Shown here: positions 47,415-60,760 of the stretch, in pieces
Numbering within the stretch: the first letter of the stretch is position 1
Layout: every line of letters starts with the position of its first letter
DNA from: Ginglymostoma cirratum
Taxonomy: Eukaryota
Direction of reading: 5' to 3'
Assembly (NCBI GenBank): GCA_024137785.1
Contig: JAHRHZ010000091.1
Location: forward strand, 6,667,826 to 6,731,825
DNA length: 64,000 nucleotides
Notes under the pieces: generated by a model
Databases searched by the model: none
What the model was told of the DNA's origin: nothing
Seen by the model: only the letters and a program-made list of their open reading frames with translations
Translations under genes and position numbers: made by a program

Positions 47415-48330
47415 TAACTCAGGTTGTGGATGAGGTTGTAGACTTGCTCGCCGAGCTGGTGTGATTGCAAACGTTTCATCATTCTGCTAGGTAACATAGT
47501 CAGTGCGCTCCCAGCGAAGTGCTGGTGTTCTGTCCTGCTTGTTATTTATATGCATTGGCTTGCTGGGGTGGTTGGTATTACTTCCAGTTCTGTTTTTCAG
47601 TGGTTTGTATATCAGATCCAGTTCAATGTGTTTGTTGCACAACCCGGAATTGCGCAAAGCAGAACAAGAGCACTTATATGGAGTTTTTAAAAGGAATGGA
47701 TACCCAAAAAGCGCAATCCACCATTACCTCCATGACTGACTGGAACAAGAAGACACAACACGACCAGACACCGTACCGTACATCAGAGATGACCACAAGA
47801 TTACTCAGACCCTGCGATATCAGGGTAGCCCACAAACCAGTAACCACCCCGCAATAGCTACTGACGAATGTAAAGGATCCCATACCCACAACCAATAAGA
47901 CCATTATATATAAATAAATTACCATGCAAGGACTGTGAGAAATATTATATACGCCAAACTGGAAGAAAACTGACATTAAGGATACACAAACACCAGCAGT
48001 ACACCAAGATACTAGCAATTCTCACTGTCCTCAATACACATGGACAAAGATGGACATGAATTTGACTGGAACAACACGCACGTAATACACAAGCCAAACA
48101 GAGACATACCAGAAAATTCCTGGATGCCTAGCATTTCAACTGGAACTCTATCAACAAACACTTTGAACTGGACCCGATATACAAACGGCTTAAAAACAGA
48201 ATCGGAAGTGATGCCAACCGCCCCAGCAAACCGCGGCGCATAAATAACAAGTGGGACAGAATACCAACGTTTCACCGGAGGCGCGATGACAAAACGTCTG
48301 CAATCAAACACGCTGGCTTGGCGAGTGAGT
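47415..48330 (+). mobile_element. 5'-truncated Penelope-like retroelement (RT C-terminus and GIY-YIG endonuclease remnant) with inverted terminal copy
   Basis: Frameshifted peptides PELRKAEQEHLYGVFKRNGYPK, SEMTTRLLRPCDIRVAHKP, IY..PCKDCEKYYIRQTGRKL (GIY-YIG), HMDKDGHEFDWNNTHVI, NSINKHFELDPIY. 47415-47637 is an inverted copy of the 3' end (~48150-48330) and holds a degenerate hammerhead motif on the - strand. Confidence 0.9.
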
Positions 48331-50223
48331 ATATGTCCTCGGGCGGAATTGGCTTGTTTTATTTCTTTCCATTTTTATAATTGCATCCCTGTTTTTAATA
48401 CTGTTTGTTTCCCACCTCAATATATACTAACCTGTAACATGGGGCATTTTTTCAGACTCTTTTCCAGGGGTTTTACCCATTGCTGGTCTTTCTGTTTCTG
48501 ACTAATGCACCACAAAATGTTGCTAAATTAGCAAATTCTTGAGTTAGGATGGCTTGTGCAAGCAATGAAAATTGTCATGACTGGATGAGAGTGAGGAGTA
48601 TTATTGGAACAGAATAGATGGGGTTATGCTGTTTGTCAGATAAACTGTGCTTTACCTTTGTTGAATATTTAATTTTGGGTACAACTGAATAAAGTACCAT
48701 GTGTACACAAATCAGAGAAAATGTTTAAACATCCTGCATTGTTACTGATCTTCAGGGACAACTGTTATAATTTTTAGTGTGGAGATATTTGGTTAAAGAG
48801 AACACAGCAATTGCAGAAGTACAAAACCTCATCCTGCCAACCTGAAATCGCTCTAAATTTGATCTCTAAAGTGTTTGTAGTAGCTTGAACTTGCCCTTCC
48901 AATTGAAGTTAGACCCTGCATGTCAATGAAAGTGTTGAATTGGACCCTGTTTAGGAAGTTCCTTTGATCAGAGGGAGAAGTGAGTTTCTTTGGGTTGTAA
49001 TGTTGCTGTTCATCCCATCAGTGCTTGTCACAGCAACTACCTCGAGGATATGACATGATGCCGAACATATGGACCCCTTCCTTTTGATCCTCAGTATATA
49101 AACTTGTCCTTAACTGTGATAATGTGGATTTAAAATAGACCTAATGTTCGCCACATCAAGTTGGGGAACAGGTGTGGAGGAAGCCATTATAGATGCTAAT
49201 TCTGTGATAATCATAGAAAGACTAGCCTTGTTAGACAACAGAGAGGTAAATCAATGCTTTAAGAAATTATTCTCATTCAAGCTGCTTTTTGATCATTTAA
49301 TTTTTTTTCCCCTTTCTTCCTTGGCCCTTCATTTCTCTTGTAAATCTCTAAGACTTTGTACTGGATGCTTTAACATCCATTATATAATATTACCTGCAGG
49401 GCAAAGGAGACTTTTGGAGGAAATACAAGTAATTATATCTCGGGAACTTGACATTCTTGTCCATAAGTACATCTGGAGCTTGTTTTCTATTCGACTCCCA
49501 AAGTAAAGTTAGCTTCAAAAGGGGTCAGTGGGGGAAATGAAATATTTCCAATAGAAAGATGGCAAAACCTTCACTGATTAAGAATATAGTTAGAGCAGGA
49601 AGAACACTCCTTTGTTCCATTCTCTCAAAAAGCATGGGAGGATTCTGTATCATATTTAACCCACTGCCCATTAACCCCATTTAATGGAAACATTTCAAGT
49701 AGTTAAATGTTTCACCCAATCTAGTGGAGTTCAGTAGATTTCCTTGTTTCATTGGCATGATAGGCCTGTACAGGAAATACCCCAGTTTTATTGCGGTCGA
49801 GTACATCACAGTGCAAGTTACACTCCTGTTTGGTTTCAGACCAGTACCAATCTGGTGATCACCATTTTTGGGCACATGCAGAATGCCAATCTTATCTGAT
49901 TCTTGTGAATGATAACTGCCTTTGAAAAGATTGCCAGTTGCCTTTTGTACACAACAAACTCATCCTACAATCAGGATTTTGCCTAAATTGGTGAGGTTGG
50001 CAAATAATGGAGTTTCAAGACTCCTTTAATATTTGGCAATCTAATTTCTCTCTTACATTGATTCTCATTAACATTATTTTAGATTTTGCTAATCATAGCA
50101 AGTCTAAGAATGCAGTGACTAGATTAATGTAAGATTTTTTATTAGTATAAAATAGTGTACAAAATAAAGAACTTCTCTAAACGTTTGCTGTAGAATGGGG
50201 TAATCTGATCTGTTGTAGCATTT

Positions 50224-50240
50224 GTCCACAAGAGGGCAGC
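50224..50240 (+). promoter_or_regulatory. Candidate CTCF site
   Basis: gtCCACAAGAGGGCAGc closely matches the CTCF core CCASYAGRKGGCRS; motif match only. Confidence 0.45.
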
Positions 50241-51791
50241 CAACACTCACTCACTTCGTAAAGAAGCCAAATTTCTTTAAACGTCCATTACCCTTTAGAA
50301 AATTGTGACAGTATTTGGCCTCGGTTGTTTTTCTGCTGTGTTTGAAATTTGGATACAAATTGACAAAGTGCATAGCACTTTTATTTTTAAATAATTTTAG
50401 GCCATCCAAAGTCAAGAACATTGTGAAATGTTATCACTATTGTAACATAATAAAATATACAAGCTGACTTCCAGTTTCCTTTAAAAGCAGAGAGCTCAGT
50501 AAGCATATAAACTCTTAGTACTCTCCTGTTTTTAAGTGGCTTCATGGAATCTCTTGAATGCACACGTGAAGGTTGAAGTTTTTGCTTAATATTCTACCTG
50601 ACGTTTGCACCTGTGTCACTGGAGTGTAGCCTTAGTTGCATAACCTCGAGCTTAACCCCCGCCTCAATCCTATGACTGGCACGAATGCTGCCAGTTGAAC
50701 AATGTCACTGTTCTGAAAAACTGCCAGTTTCATCCATGCAGGGATGCTTTAATTGCACTGCACAGCCACGGAACCAGAAGTAGTGTTTTTGATCTGGATG
50801 ATTGGGACATACAGTGTACATCTCATGACGTTTGATTGTTAAAACCTTTACCTATTTGAACCCAGTGAAAGCAGGCTACGTTTGGAATATTTAAATCCAA
50901 TGAGGTTTGGAACTGGTCTTTTCTAATTTATTATAACTAAATTTATTATAACTAAGTTGTGTTTCTGGGCAGAGATGGTATATATGCATGTCATTCAGTC
51001 AGGTGAATCATCATTGTATAATTGATACTTAATACGTGAACAGTCTCAGCTTCTAGAGAGTAAAAATATTGGATTTGAACATTCAGATATATTTTGGGGA
51101 AAGTACAGCCTATCCTCAGTCTATGCTGAATATCATTATTTATCCATTATTGTTATTGTATCAGAGGTTTTGTAACACTTTCAATTTCAGATTTGATAGC
51201 CTAATATAGTTTCTTGAAATGAAGTTACAAGATTAGTTTGTTCCAATTTACAGACAATTGCCTCAGTTTCTGCAACTCTTAATAAAACTGCCATAAATAC
51301 ATTACAGTGATGGTAACCTCTGGGACAAAAGCATGTTTGGGACCCTTAGGGTGTTGAGGTATTATGTTGATGTTGGAGAAAGGGATTTGATTGCAAAAAT
51401 CAAAGATTTGCCCTTGGTTTGCCTTTGTCTACAAACTCTCCTCCACTTTTTACAAGATGGAGGACAGTAAATGGTGATTGAAGGATGAGGTGTGGAAGTG
51501 AGCTGCAGGTGCAGGAAAAGAAAGTTCCTTCTAAAAGAATCTTGCTCTCAAAACATTTTTTGGTTTAAAATTGATGTGGATGCTGTTTAATCTTTGTCAT
51601 TTGAATTTGACGTGTAAGCACTAACCATATGTTAATTTGGATATCTATTTCTGGGAAGCATTCCAATATAAACCAGGATTGCAAAACATAAAATGTATTT
51701 GTAGCTTTATTGAAATAGTTCATCAATGAATGTGGTTTATTTCATTGTAGAATTATATCATTTTTCCTTAGTTTTGCTTTTAATTCATTAG

Positions 51792-51859
51792 GTAATAGCA
51801 CGGAGGAGGGAGGATTCTGGGAAGGTGAAAGTGCTGCTCCACTGGACACCAGAAGACAT
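51792..51859 (+). CDS. AEBP2: AEBP2 coding exon 6
   Basis: Acceptor ttttgctttaattcattag|. Translates VIARRREDSGKVKVLLHWTPED(I) (human as recalled: [23 protein letters not shown]). Donor AT|gtaagt; 68 nt. Too short for the ORF track. Confidence 0.95.
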
Positions 51860-52469
51860 GTAAGTTTTTGCACCTGATGTGCCACTGTCTTTTTCCAGGT
51901 CAAGAGTTGATCAGTTCATGTTCAAATGTGTTAAGGCTCTACCCAGTGTGTCTGTGAAGGTACTACACTAAAGTTAGTTATAAGCATATTTAGTTGCTCA
52001 GCAATTGCTTTACACCTGAAGTTGGAGTATTTTTTTCCTTCAAGACTAAGGAAATAGTTTTGGACGATGAAGCAGTGAATGTCTTGAATGTGCTTTTGAA
52101 CCTCTTGTAGGGCTAGCAGTAAAATATCTGTAGTATCAGCCCAGGCTTAACAGTAACACTGGTGCCTGAATCAAAAGACTGAGGGCTTGCATCACACAGT
52201 GAGGAGCTCTGCAGCAGTGTTAGATGTTGGAAGGTTTTGTATAAATGCATGTTGTTTCCTTTTGTGGAATAAAATGTTCTGACAATGAATGATTTGGTTG
52301 ACCAGTATGCACTAGTGTAAGATACATAATCTAATTCCAATTCCTCCTTGTATTATGCAGGTACTGTACTGTTTTCTGTTCAAGCAGTGATCAAATGTTA
52401 ATTTATGTACACATTGGTTAATTTTTTTGGCTGAGCATTTCACATTCTTGTATAACCTTATAAGTTTGT

Positions 52470-52960
52470 ATAAGGTTGGTCACCGCACTTTGGGAAGGAG
52501 GATCTATTGACCCTAGGGAATGTAGTATAGGTTTGCCAGCATGGTACCTGGACTCCAGTGGTTAAACTGTGCTGAGATGTAACAACATAGAGTTGTATTC
52601 CTTGGAATTTAAAAGGCTTAGGGTGACTTGATTTAAGGTTTCAAGGTATTAAGGGGAACAGACTGGGAAATGAGAGGAACAATTTCTATTAGGAAAACCA
52701 AGGACTAGTGAGAAGAGTCATTGCCTAAACATTTGAAACCTTTTAGTGAACTTGGGAAACAGACAAAGAATGTAGAAGCTTGGCGTTCTCTGCCAATGAG
52801 TGTTAATGCTTGTTGCATTAATTTTAAAACTCATTTTTTAAAGTCTATTTTATAACCAGTTATATGCAAATGCAGATATATATGGACTAGTGTGTGGATT
52901 AGCCTCGATCTCATTGAAATGAATGGGTTTGAGATGCTATGTTGCTAACTGCTTCCATGG
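52470..52960 (+). mobile_element. Degenerate CR1 3' fragment
   Basis: ggtcaccgcactttgggaaggaggat; ttccttggaatttaaaaggcttagggtgacttgat..aaggtattaaggggaacaga. Confidence 0.7.
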
Positions 52961-54499
52961 GTTTATTGCTTGCTGTCTGAAGTATTATTTCAGCATTATA
53001 ATTTTAGCCAAGACTGTCCGCATTGTTTCTGTTATGCTAAGTATATCACAACTCCTGGACTGTTTAGGGTGGATATTAAAACCTTTCTGGCTGAAACTGT
53101 GCATTTTGAAACAAGTGAATACATGATCCACAAAGCTGTGTCAATTTCTATCCTTTCCTGTCTGGCCATTAAATCTGTTTGGGAGCTGAAAACTCATCGT
53201 CTGACTTGCTACTTTGCAGTCCTCGTTCCAAGCGCAGTTATGCTGCAGTGGATGAATTGCCGTAACTTAATCTAACTGCACTCTGAAAGACCAGATTTGT
53301 TTCATTGCCCAATTATTTTAAGGACTCAGTTTGTTTCTGTCAGACCTCCCAACTGTTAATCCCTGATCTATGACAACATGTTTTAGATTGTAACAGCTTA
53401 TCCTGAAGATATAGATCTCTGATTTCTCTGGCTGAGGAGAGTGGCCAACCTTACCTCATGTTAAGGTTACAACTAGAGCAGGAGTTGGCCTTCCAACCCT
53501 TGGACCTGCTCATAATTCAATATCATGACTGGTATTATGACTCAACTCCATCTTCCTGCCTTTCCCCTTACATTTGCATACGAACGAAAAGATATCATGC
53601 TCTGTCTGGCATCTACTCACTAACTGCATCTACCACTCTTTTGGATTGCCCCTCATTCCAAACCCTATTCCTAGCAATTAATTACCTCCTACATACCGAC
53701 AGTAATTCTTCTGCCAGATACCAAGTGTTTAGACTTGTACAGTTTACACTGTCATCAAGAATACCCAACTTGTATAATGTAAAAGATGTTACGAACATAA
53801 TGAGAGCTTCTAAGAGGAAAAATCATTGACTTCTTCTAGAGATAATTCAGTTGTCCAACATTAGAGTAGAATTGTAAGCATTCCACCAGGGATCTGTGAA
53901 GGACCTGCTTCCCTACTTCAACCCTCACCTGAGGTATGACGGCCCCCAGGTTAAACTCATGACAACTTGTTTCTCTCTAATGGATGAGTGGCCTCTGGCT
54001 GGGACGCACTATGACCATATAAAATTTGTAGCACAGAAGCTATTCAACCCATCCTGTCTGAACCAACTGTGAATAGGCTATGCACCATTCTGATCCCATT
54101 TGTGAGCACTTGAAGAAAAGCGCTTATTGCCTTTGTCTATCAGAAAAGAGGTTACTTTTGCCATGCGCTTTCTTTGGTTGATAGGAAAGCCATCCAGTTT
54201 CTAAGTTCTGCCAGTCCGTTGGAAAAAAATGTAAAACAGTCATCTTGGCTACTAGTTAGCTGAAGTAATTGTGTAAGATAGTTGTTTAGTGAAAGTGTAT
54301 TGGGTGCAGAAATTGATGAATCTTACTGAGGTGCAGTAATTCATTTTTGCTTCTATTACATGGCTATCGATCATAGATTTTGGAGAATTGTACATCAGTG
54401 CTTTTTCTCATCTCCCCTCTTTGAATCAAAAGGCTGAACTTTTGCACTGATCCCCTAATGTTGGAGACAGTATTTTGTGCAAAATATTACAATACTTTG

Positions 54500-55600
54500 G
54501 AACATACCATTTGGTCCTTAATTTTGTAGGAAGGATAAGTTCGCATTCTCGGAAATTGTTTCCAAATGGAGTAGGGAGACAGCTGCCTGGGTCGAGATAC
54601 GCCAGTCTCTAGTGGGAATGTGGGTTAACAAGGTCATTTCTCAAAAAATATTGTTAGAATATCGAGCTTCATTTTCCTAGAAAGAGAGGCTGGCAAATAA
54701 AGAAATTGTGTTAAACTTGTATGGAACCTCATTTTTCACTGTTGCAGTATCTTGAATTATTTGGTTTTCATATTATAAGTACTTAAATAGATGCATAAAT
54801 AGGCTGATCATTTGCTTCAACTCTTGTTTCCTGCCTATTTCACATAACTCTTAATTTCCTGAGATCAGAAGCCTGTATCTTCACTGGAAGTCTACTCAAT
54901 AATAAAAGAGAGTAGAGCAAAAAAGTTTTGCGAAAATAATATTAAAACTGCAGAGTTCAACTTATTAGGGAAAAATTTATCTGACTGGGGATGTTCCTTT
55001 CAGACAATAGAAGACTGAAGAATGACCTGTTAGTTCTTCAAAGTAATGTAAGGGTTAGACAGGTTCACTTCACGTTTGCCACTGAGGTGAGACCTGAACT
55101 ACGGACCCTAAAAGGCAAAGACAGTGTAGAGAAACAAGTTTAATATTTCAAGTTAATGTCATTTCTTCAACACTGGAAGAAGTAAAAAAAATCTAATAGG
55201 CTTTAAGTACAGAGGAAAGGAAGAGAGGGAGGAATAAATGACAAAAGAGATGATGGTACAAGGCACTGAAAGTGGAACAAATCCAAAATAACACAGAATG
55301 AGGTTAGATGGGGTATAAATGAGAATAGTAGAATTACCAACAGCTGCTACTCAAAAAAAGTGTGGTGGTGGTAGTGGTGATGATCTGAAAGTGAATTCAT
55401 TGTTTAGTCTGGAAGATTGTAAACTGCTGTATTGAAAGACAAGTTGTTGTTTCTTGAGCTTAAATTGCATTCTTTGGATTGATTGCGAAAGCCAAGGACT
55501 GCAAAGTTGGAATGGGGCAGACAATTAAATTGATTCAAGTACCTGTTTTGAGACTTGGGTTTTTCAGAAAGCAGTCACCCAATCTAGTTGAATTATTAAG
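54500..55600. mobile_element. Mixed degenerate CR1 pieces (+) and an old PLE-like fragment (~55110-55600)
   Basis: CR1-like agaagactgaagaatgacct..gtaatgtaagggttagacagg. Then gagaaacaagtttaatatttcaagt..ttcttcaacactggaa, resembling a decayed family B arm, followed by purine-rich PLE-like sequence. Confidence 0.45.
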
Positions 55601-55710
55601 CAGAAAGCGTGGGGCATGAAACAGTGTTACCTGTATTATTCTCTGTTAAGGTGAGGAACCTCCTGTCAGGTCATTTGAAGTCTTTAGGAGCAGAGCTGTT
55701 TGCTACTGAT

Positions 55711-55730
55711 TGACTGACTGACTGACTGAC
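55711..55730. repeat. (TGAC)5 microsatellite
   Basis: tgactgactgactgactgac. Confidence 0.9.
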
Positions 55731-56500
55731 AGGTTCCCTTTCCACATTAAGGAACAGCTCCTGCAAACAATCGTATAGCACTGGAAAACCTGATCTATCA
55801 TCTTAGAGCCCTTCTCCTTATCCAGTCAAGCTGGATACAGATTTAAGTGTCAATTCAGACCAGTTCCCTGCTGGAAAATAGTGTGGGTGCTATAAACGAA
55901 CTTTGAGGCCAATTTGCTTTTTTCAAAAAAACTCATATAATCTTATCAATCGTAGTTTCACTGAGGGTGCAAATGGAAATGCTGATGGTGAGCACACATG
56001 ACATGTTCGTCAGTGTGTGGTGTATTATAGTTTGTGTTGACGTGTTTTTTTGTCCATTTGTCTGGGTTCTGAGGATATAAATGCTTGAGTTATGAGCCAG
56101 TGAATAGGAGATATCAGCCAGAAGAACGATTGATAAATTGGTTGTTCCAATCCAAGCTAACTGTGCCAGCAAAAGCGCAACAGTGATAGTGAATGAAGAA
56201 AATGATATGCTACAGGCACTAATCCTGTTGTCAAATTCCTGTAGTTGATAAATGAGTAATTGAGATTTTAATGTTTGTCTTAATTTGTTGGACAGCTTTT
56301 CATTTAAACTTTGAAGAAAGGGTTTTGTGAACATTCTACTGTATAATTTTTGAGACCTCAAATTAATCAAAATGCAATTTTGTGGAATTTTAAAATCTGC
56401 TGTGACTTCTAATAAAGTAAGAGTGAATCATTTCTAAATCTAACTGGGTGAAACGTAAATGTTCTTTTTTGAAGTAATGTCTTGATGTTTCCTTTTGCAG

Positions 56501-56614
56501 CCTTCCTGATGTGTGGGTGAATGAAAATGACAGATCTCAACTGAGGACAAAAGCAGTTCATTTGTCTAAACTACCACAAGACGCTGCTTTGCTCCTTGAC
56601 CCAAACATATACCG
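56501..56614 (+). CDS. AEBP2: AEBP2 coding exon 7
   Basis: Acceptor tttccttttgcag|. Translates (I)[37 protein letters not shown](R). Donor CG|gtacag; 114 nt, phase 2. Confidence 0.95.
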
Positions 56615-58245
56615 GTACAGTTGAGGTTTATCTTATCAACTTAGTTTATTTTTAGAGTAGTGCATGTTCTCTCATTTTTTACTTGCATGAGAAAACTACA
56701 GCAAGATTCTGGTGATGATTTATGTTTAAAGAAAGCAATTGTTAGTTCCCCTGCACCATACGTGCTGACCTGTTTCTCTGCTGAAGGAGTCATTGACTCA
56801 GATAAATGTCCTAGAGTTGCTTTATCAATGTCATGCTTTCCCCCCGCCTCCCAAACCACCACCACCACATGTGAAGTCTTAATTATGTTTTAACACTTTT
56901 TAATATTAACTGCTTTATCTTGTATCCATTTCGTTAAAACTGTGCCTGGGTTAAATGTTAGAAGGCATTATCCTTTGAGGTGTTTCATTTAATCCATTAA
57001 ATGCAAACATCACTGAAAATAATGGTAATTTCCTATTTTATGATAGGTAAAGGACAGAAGGGTTGCCTGTTCGATAATGAGGGTTATTGGCTGAATCTTT
57101 ATTTAAGTTGCTGCATGTTGAGGCATTGCCCTTTTGTCAAATTGGCATTGTTGTGGTTTAAATTTTTCCTAATATTGGAAGGTAACTATTTGCATTGAAG
57201 TATTTTTGTTTGGTTAGGAGTCCAGGTATGGAAAGTTGCTATGATTTCTGAAATGTCCATATTCTCTAGTGAAAGGGACTTCAACTTTAGTCCTAACGTA
57301 AGTCAACTGGTGCCCCATCATCCAGGAAAAGTATAATTAAGGAGACCCCGAAGAAATCATGATCTGAGACTTTTTCTACTCCTTTTTCACATTGTTAATT
57401 TCCAATACTCAAGTTGCTTTTACTTGCTACAATATTTGGCCACACTCAAACACCCTCAATCACCCTGTTCACATCTTGATCCACTGTTTTGCAGTTCCTG
57501 AGTGCAGTGCTCACTCGCGCTTTCCCACTAGGTCATTTCAGCAAACACTGTTCTTCTCCCTTGAAATAGCCATCATAGCACCCTGCCACTGACTTTGGAA
57601 AAGTGCACTGTGATCCTGTTTCAGCTTTATTTCTGCATCCTCGTTGGCAATGCATCTGCCTAAGCCTGTTCCCAGTGTCACCATCAGCTATCATTTCATT
57701 TCCAAATTAGCAAATCAGTGATGATTGCAATTTTTTGCCACCTACGAACAATCAAACTATGACTTTTTGAAAAGGTCTTTTGGCTGGCTAAAATTAAATT
57801 TAAGTTGATTTTAGTCCAGTTTTGTTTTTGGTTGAGAAAATGGCACCTACTTGAGTATATTTTAAGTTGACATTCTGTGGCAGGATTTGCTTTTTTTTCT
57901 TCCAGCTTCCATTTTCCTTCTAGTTATTGGTTAGCTATAGATTTTGGAGATTTCATTTATAAAGCTGCGATTGATCACAGTTTTGTTTTTGAAACACTGG
58001 TATGCGAAATTTGTCCGAACTTTGATTCGGATGGTGGGCATGCATTAGGGCGTGTTGAATTGCATTTGGAATAGGAAAGAGCTGCTTGTCATAATGTGAC
58101 TTTAAGTTTCTTGATCTGTTATTGTATTTGTGTTTTTAAAGCCATCCGCATGCACTTTGCTGAAGGAAGAATTGATAATGTAGGAAAGTGTTTCTTTTCT
58201 TGTTCAAGGCACTTGGTACAAAATGCCACTTAACCAGGTACCACG

Positions 58246-58555
58246 TAGAAATATAGAAGCCCTGCAGTGTGGAAGCAGGCCAGTTGGCCTGTCGAGTCTA
58301 CACTACCCTCCGAAGAGCATTTACCCACCACCATATAATCCTGCATTTTCCATGGCTAATCCACCCTGCCTGCACGTCCCTGGACTCTGCGGGTAATTTA
58401 GTATGGTCAATCCACCTAATCAACACATCTTTGACTGTGGGAGGAAAGCGGAGCACTCGGAGGAGACCCACGCAGTCACAGGGAGGATGTGCAAACTCCA
58501 CAAAGACAATCGCCTGAAGTGGAATTGAACACGGGTCCCTGGCACTGTGAGGCAG
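58246..58555 (-). mobile_element. HE1-type V-SINE, head slightly truncated
   Basis: Aligns with 44078-44405 (gactgtgggaggaaa.cggagcactcggagga.acccacgcag; gtgcaaactccaca; gggtccctggc.ctgtgaggcag). Confidence 0.9.
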
Positions 58556-59584
58556 GATTTTTCTCAGTCTTGCATTATGCTTATGTGCTAATTTAGTTCC
58601 AACTTCAAGAAGTGCCCAAAACTATTTTCTGACTTATTAGCTTTCTTCCTTTGGATCTTGATTTTGACATTTGAAAGTAGATTTCTGTCCTCTGTAAAAA
58701 GGATTAAGACTGCTTGAGGCCATCAGTTATACCAACCAAAAGCCATCACAGAGAGAAGCTTTTATCACAACTACTTTTGTGCAGATTTAAGTGCAGAATC
58801 TATTGTGAAACACCATTAATATTCCTATGGCTCTATATTGTTCTGTCCTTGTATAGTTGAAAGAAAAATATTGGCAATAACTAAGTACAGCTGGGATGGA
58901 AACTGAGGGAGGACGCTCACATGTGAACTTGCGTCCTTGGCAACTTTCAGCTTTTTATCACAGCAGAAATTGCTCGTCAGTGTAAGTGGTCAGAGTTTTG
59001 AAAGCTACTTTCAAATGGTTGGAGTATCATCAGTAACATTTAATACGGAGAGCATCAACATTACAAAATCTTAAATTATTACAGACGAGCTTTCCATTCC
59101 ACTCATTGCTACAAGTATGTGACTTTCCGTAGTGAAGCTACTGGGGTCATGAGCTAAGCATTTGATGGATTTTGGTTAAAGCTTGTTTTCTCAATACTGT
59201 GGTGCCAGAATCGTCCAGTATAATGACTTTTTGTTGTGAACTTTCAAAAACCCATCTTTTGCCTTAAGATATTCTCATTAATCATTGAGCGAAAGCTAGA
59301 AGTAATGTAAACTTAGTGAAGTACAGCTGGAACTGAGGAAAAGATATTTTCTTTTTCTTGGACACAATTTCCATTTGAGTGTGTTGTTGAGACAGCATAT
59401 TGATCCTTGGTGTCGCAAAGAATGCAGTTCAACCACACTTGGGAGTCACCAAGCAGGAGGCTAATCTTGAAATTTTAATGCATCATACTCACCAGCTGCA
59501 CAGATTGAATTTTTGGAGTGCAAATTGCTGCTTAATCTAGGAGTGTCTTTAATAGATTCCAGGCTAAGAATTGTTTGGTTCAAC

Positions 59585-60760
59585 ATAAGATTGTAACTTG
59601 TAGGAATTGAAGTAGGTAATTCAGTCCATCTAGCCTGCTATGCCATTGGTGACATTGTGGCTGGTCTGATCATCCTTATCTGATAATTGCTCTGCTTTTT
59701 TTTAAAAAGAGTCTTTGATTCCTTACCTGATTAAAATCTGTCTGTCTCAGCCTCAAATATACTTAACGATCCAGCCGTGACAGTCCTCTGTGGTAAAGAA
59801 TTCCGCAGATTTAATATCCCCTCTGAACAAATTTCTCCTCTTCACTGAGATATGAGACTTTGAAATAAAGGACAGCATTCCATTTGCTTTCCCTATTACG
59901 TGGGACTATCACTAACTAGGATGCTAGATTTATGACTCATGGACGAAGATTTCCAGATCGCTCTTCCATAACTTTCTGCAGTCTCCCTCCATTTAAATAA
60001 TATTCAGCTGCTGTATTCTTCCTGCCCAAGTGCATAATTTCTCTCCATGTTGTAAATTTTCCCACGTTGTATTCCATCTGTTGAGTATTTTGTCTGCTTA
60101 CTTAATCTGTGTATATGCCTCTGCCAAGTATCATCCTTACCACTTGCCTTTCCACTTATTGTTGTCCACAAACTTGTCTATAGTGCATTCACTTTTCTCA
60201 TCTAAACCATTCATATGTAGTGTAAACAACTGCAGCCCCAGTTCTTGATCATTGTGCTGTGCCATTAGTTACAAGTTGCCAGCCTGAAAATTACCCCTTA
60301 TCCCAATTCTGTTAGCCAATACTCTCTCCATGCAAATATGCTACCTCCAACACCATTGGTTCTTATCTTAAATAGCCCAATGTATGCTACCTTATCAAAC
60401 ATCTTCTGAAAATCCAAATGTATTGCATTCATCGCTGTTCCATTCCCTATCCTGCTTGTTACCTCCTCTAAAGAATTGTAGTAAATCTCAGGCATAGTTT
60501 TCCCTTCATAAATCCATGCTGACGCTGCTTAATCATATATTATGTCTAAATGTTCTGCTATTACATCTTTTATTATAGACTAACATATTCCTAGTAACAG
60601 CTGTTAAGCTAACTTGCATATAGCTACTTGGTATTTTTTGTCTCCTTCCCTTTTCAAATAAAGGTGTTCCATTGGCAGTTTTCCATTTCTCTGGCAATTC
60701 TCCAAACCTTAAATATTCTTGGGAGATTACTACCAAATGCATCTGCTATCTCTGTATGCT
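59585..60760 (-). mobile_element. CR1 LINE fragments (RT core and 3' end, internally deleted)
   Basis: ORFs EEVTSRIGNGTAMNAIHLDFQKMFDKV and LPEKWKTANGTPLFEKGRRQK..SYMQVSLT; reverse 3' tail cataaga..taggaattgaagtagg. Confidence 0.88.

Noticed and set aside
50927-50955. Short tandem duplications (tttattataactaa x2; also ctttcaaccagaaga x2 near 1094-1129)
   Set aside because: Ordinary slippage duplications with two copies; not an array.
55933-56370. 145-aa minus-strand ORF and other intronic ORFs over 100 aa
   Set aside because: No recognisable domains or supporting exon structure; consistent with chance ORFs.
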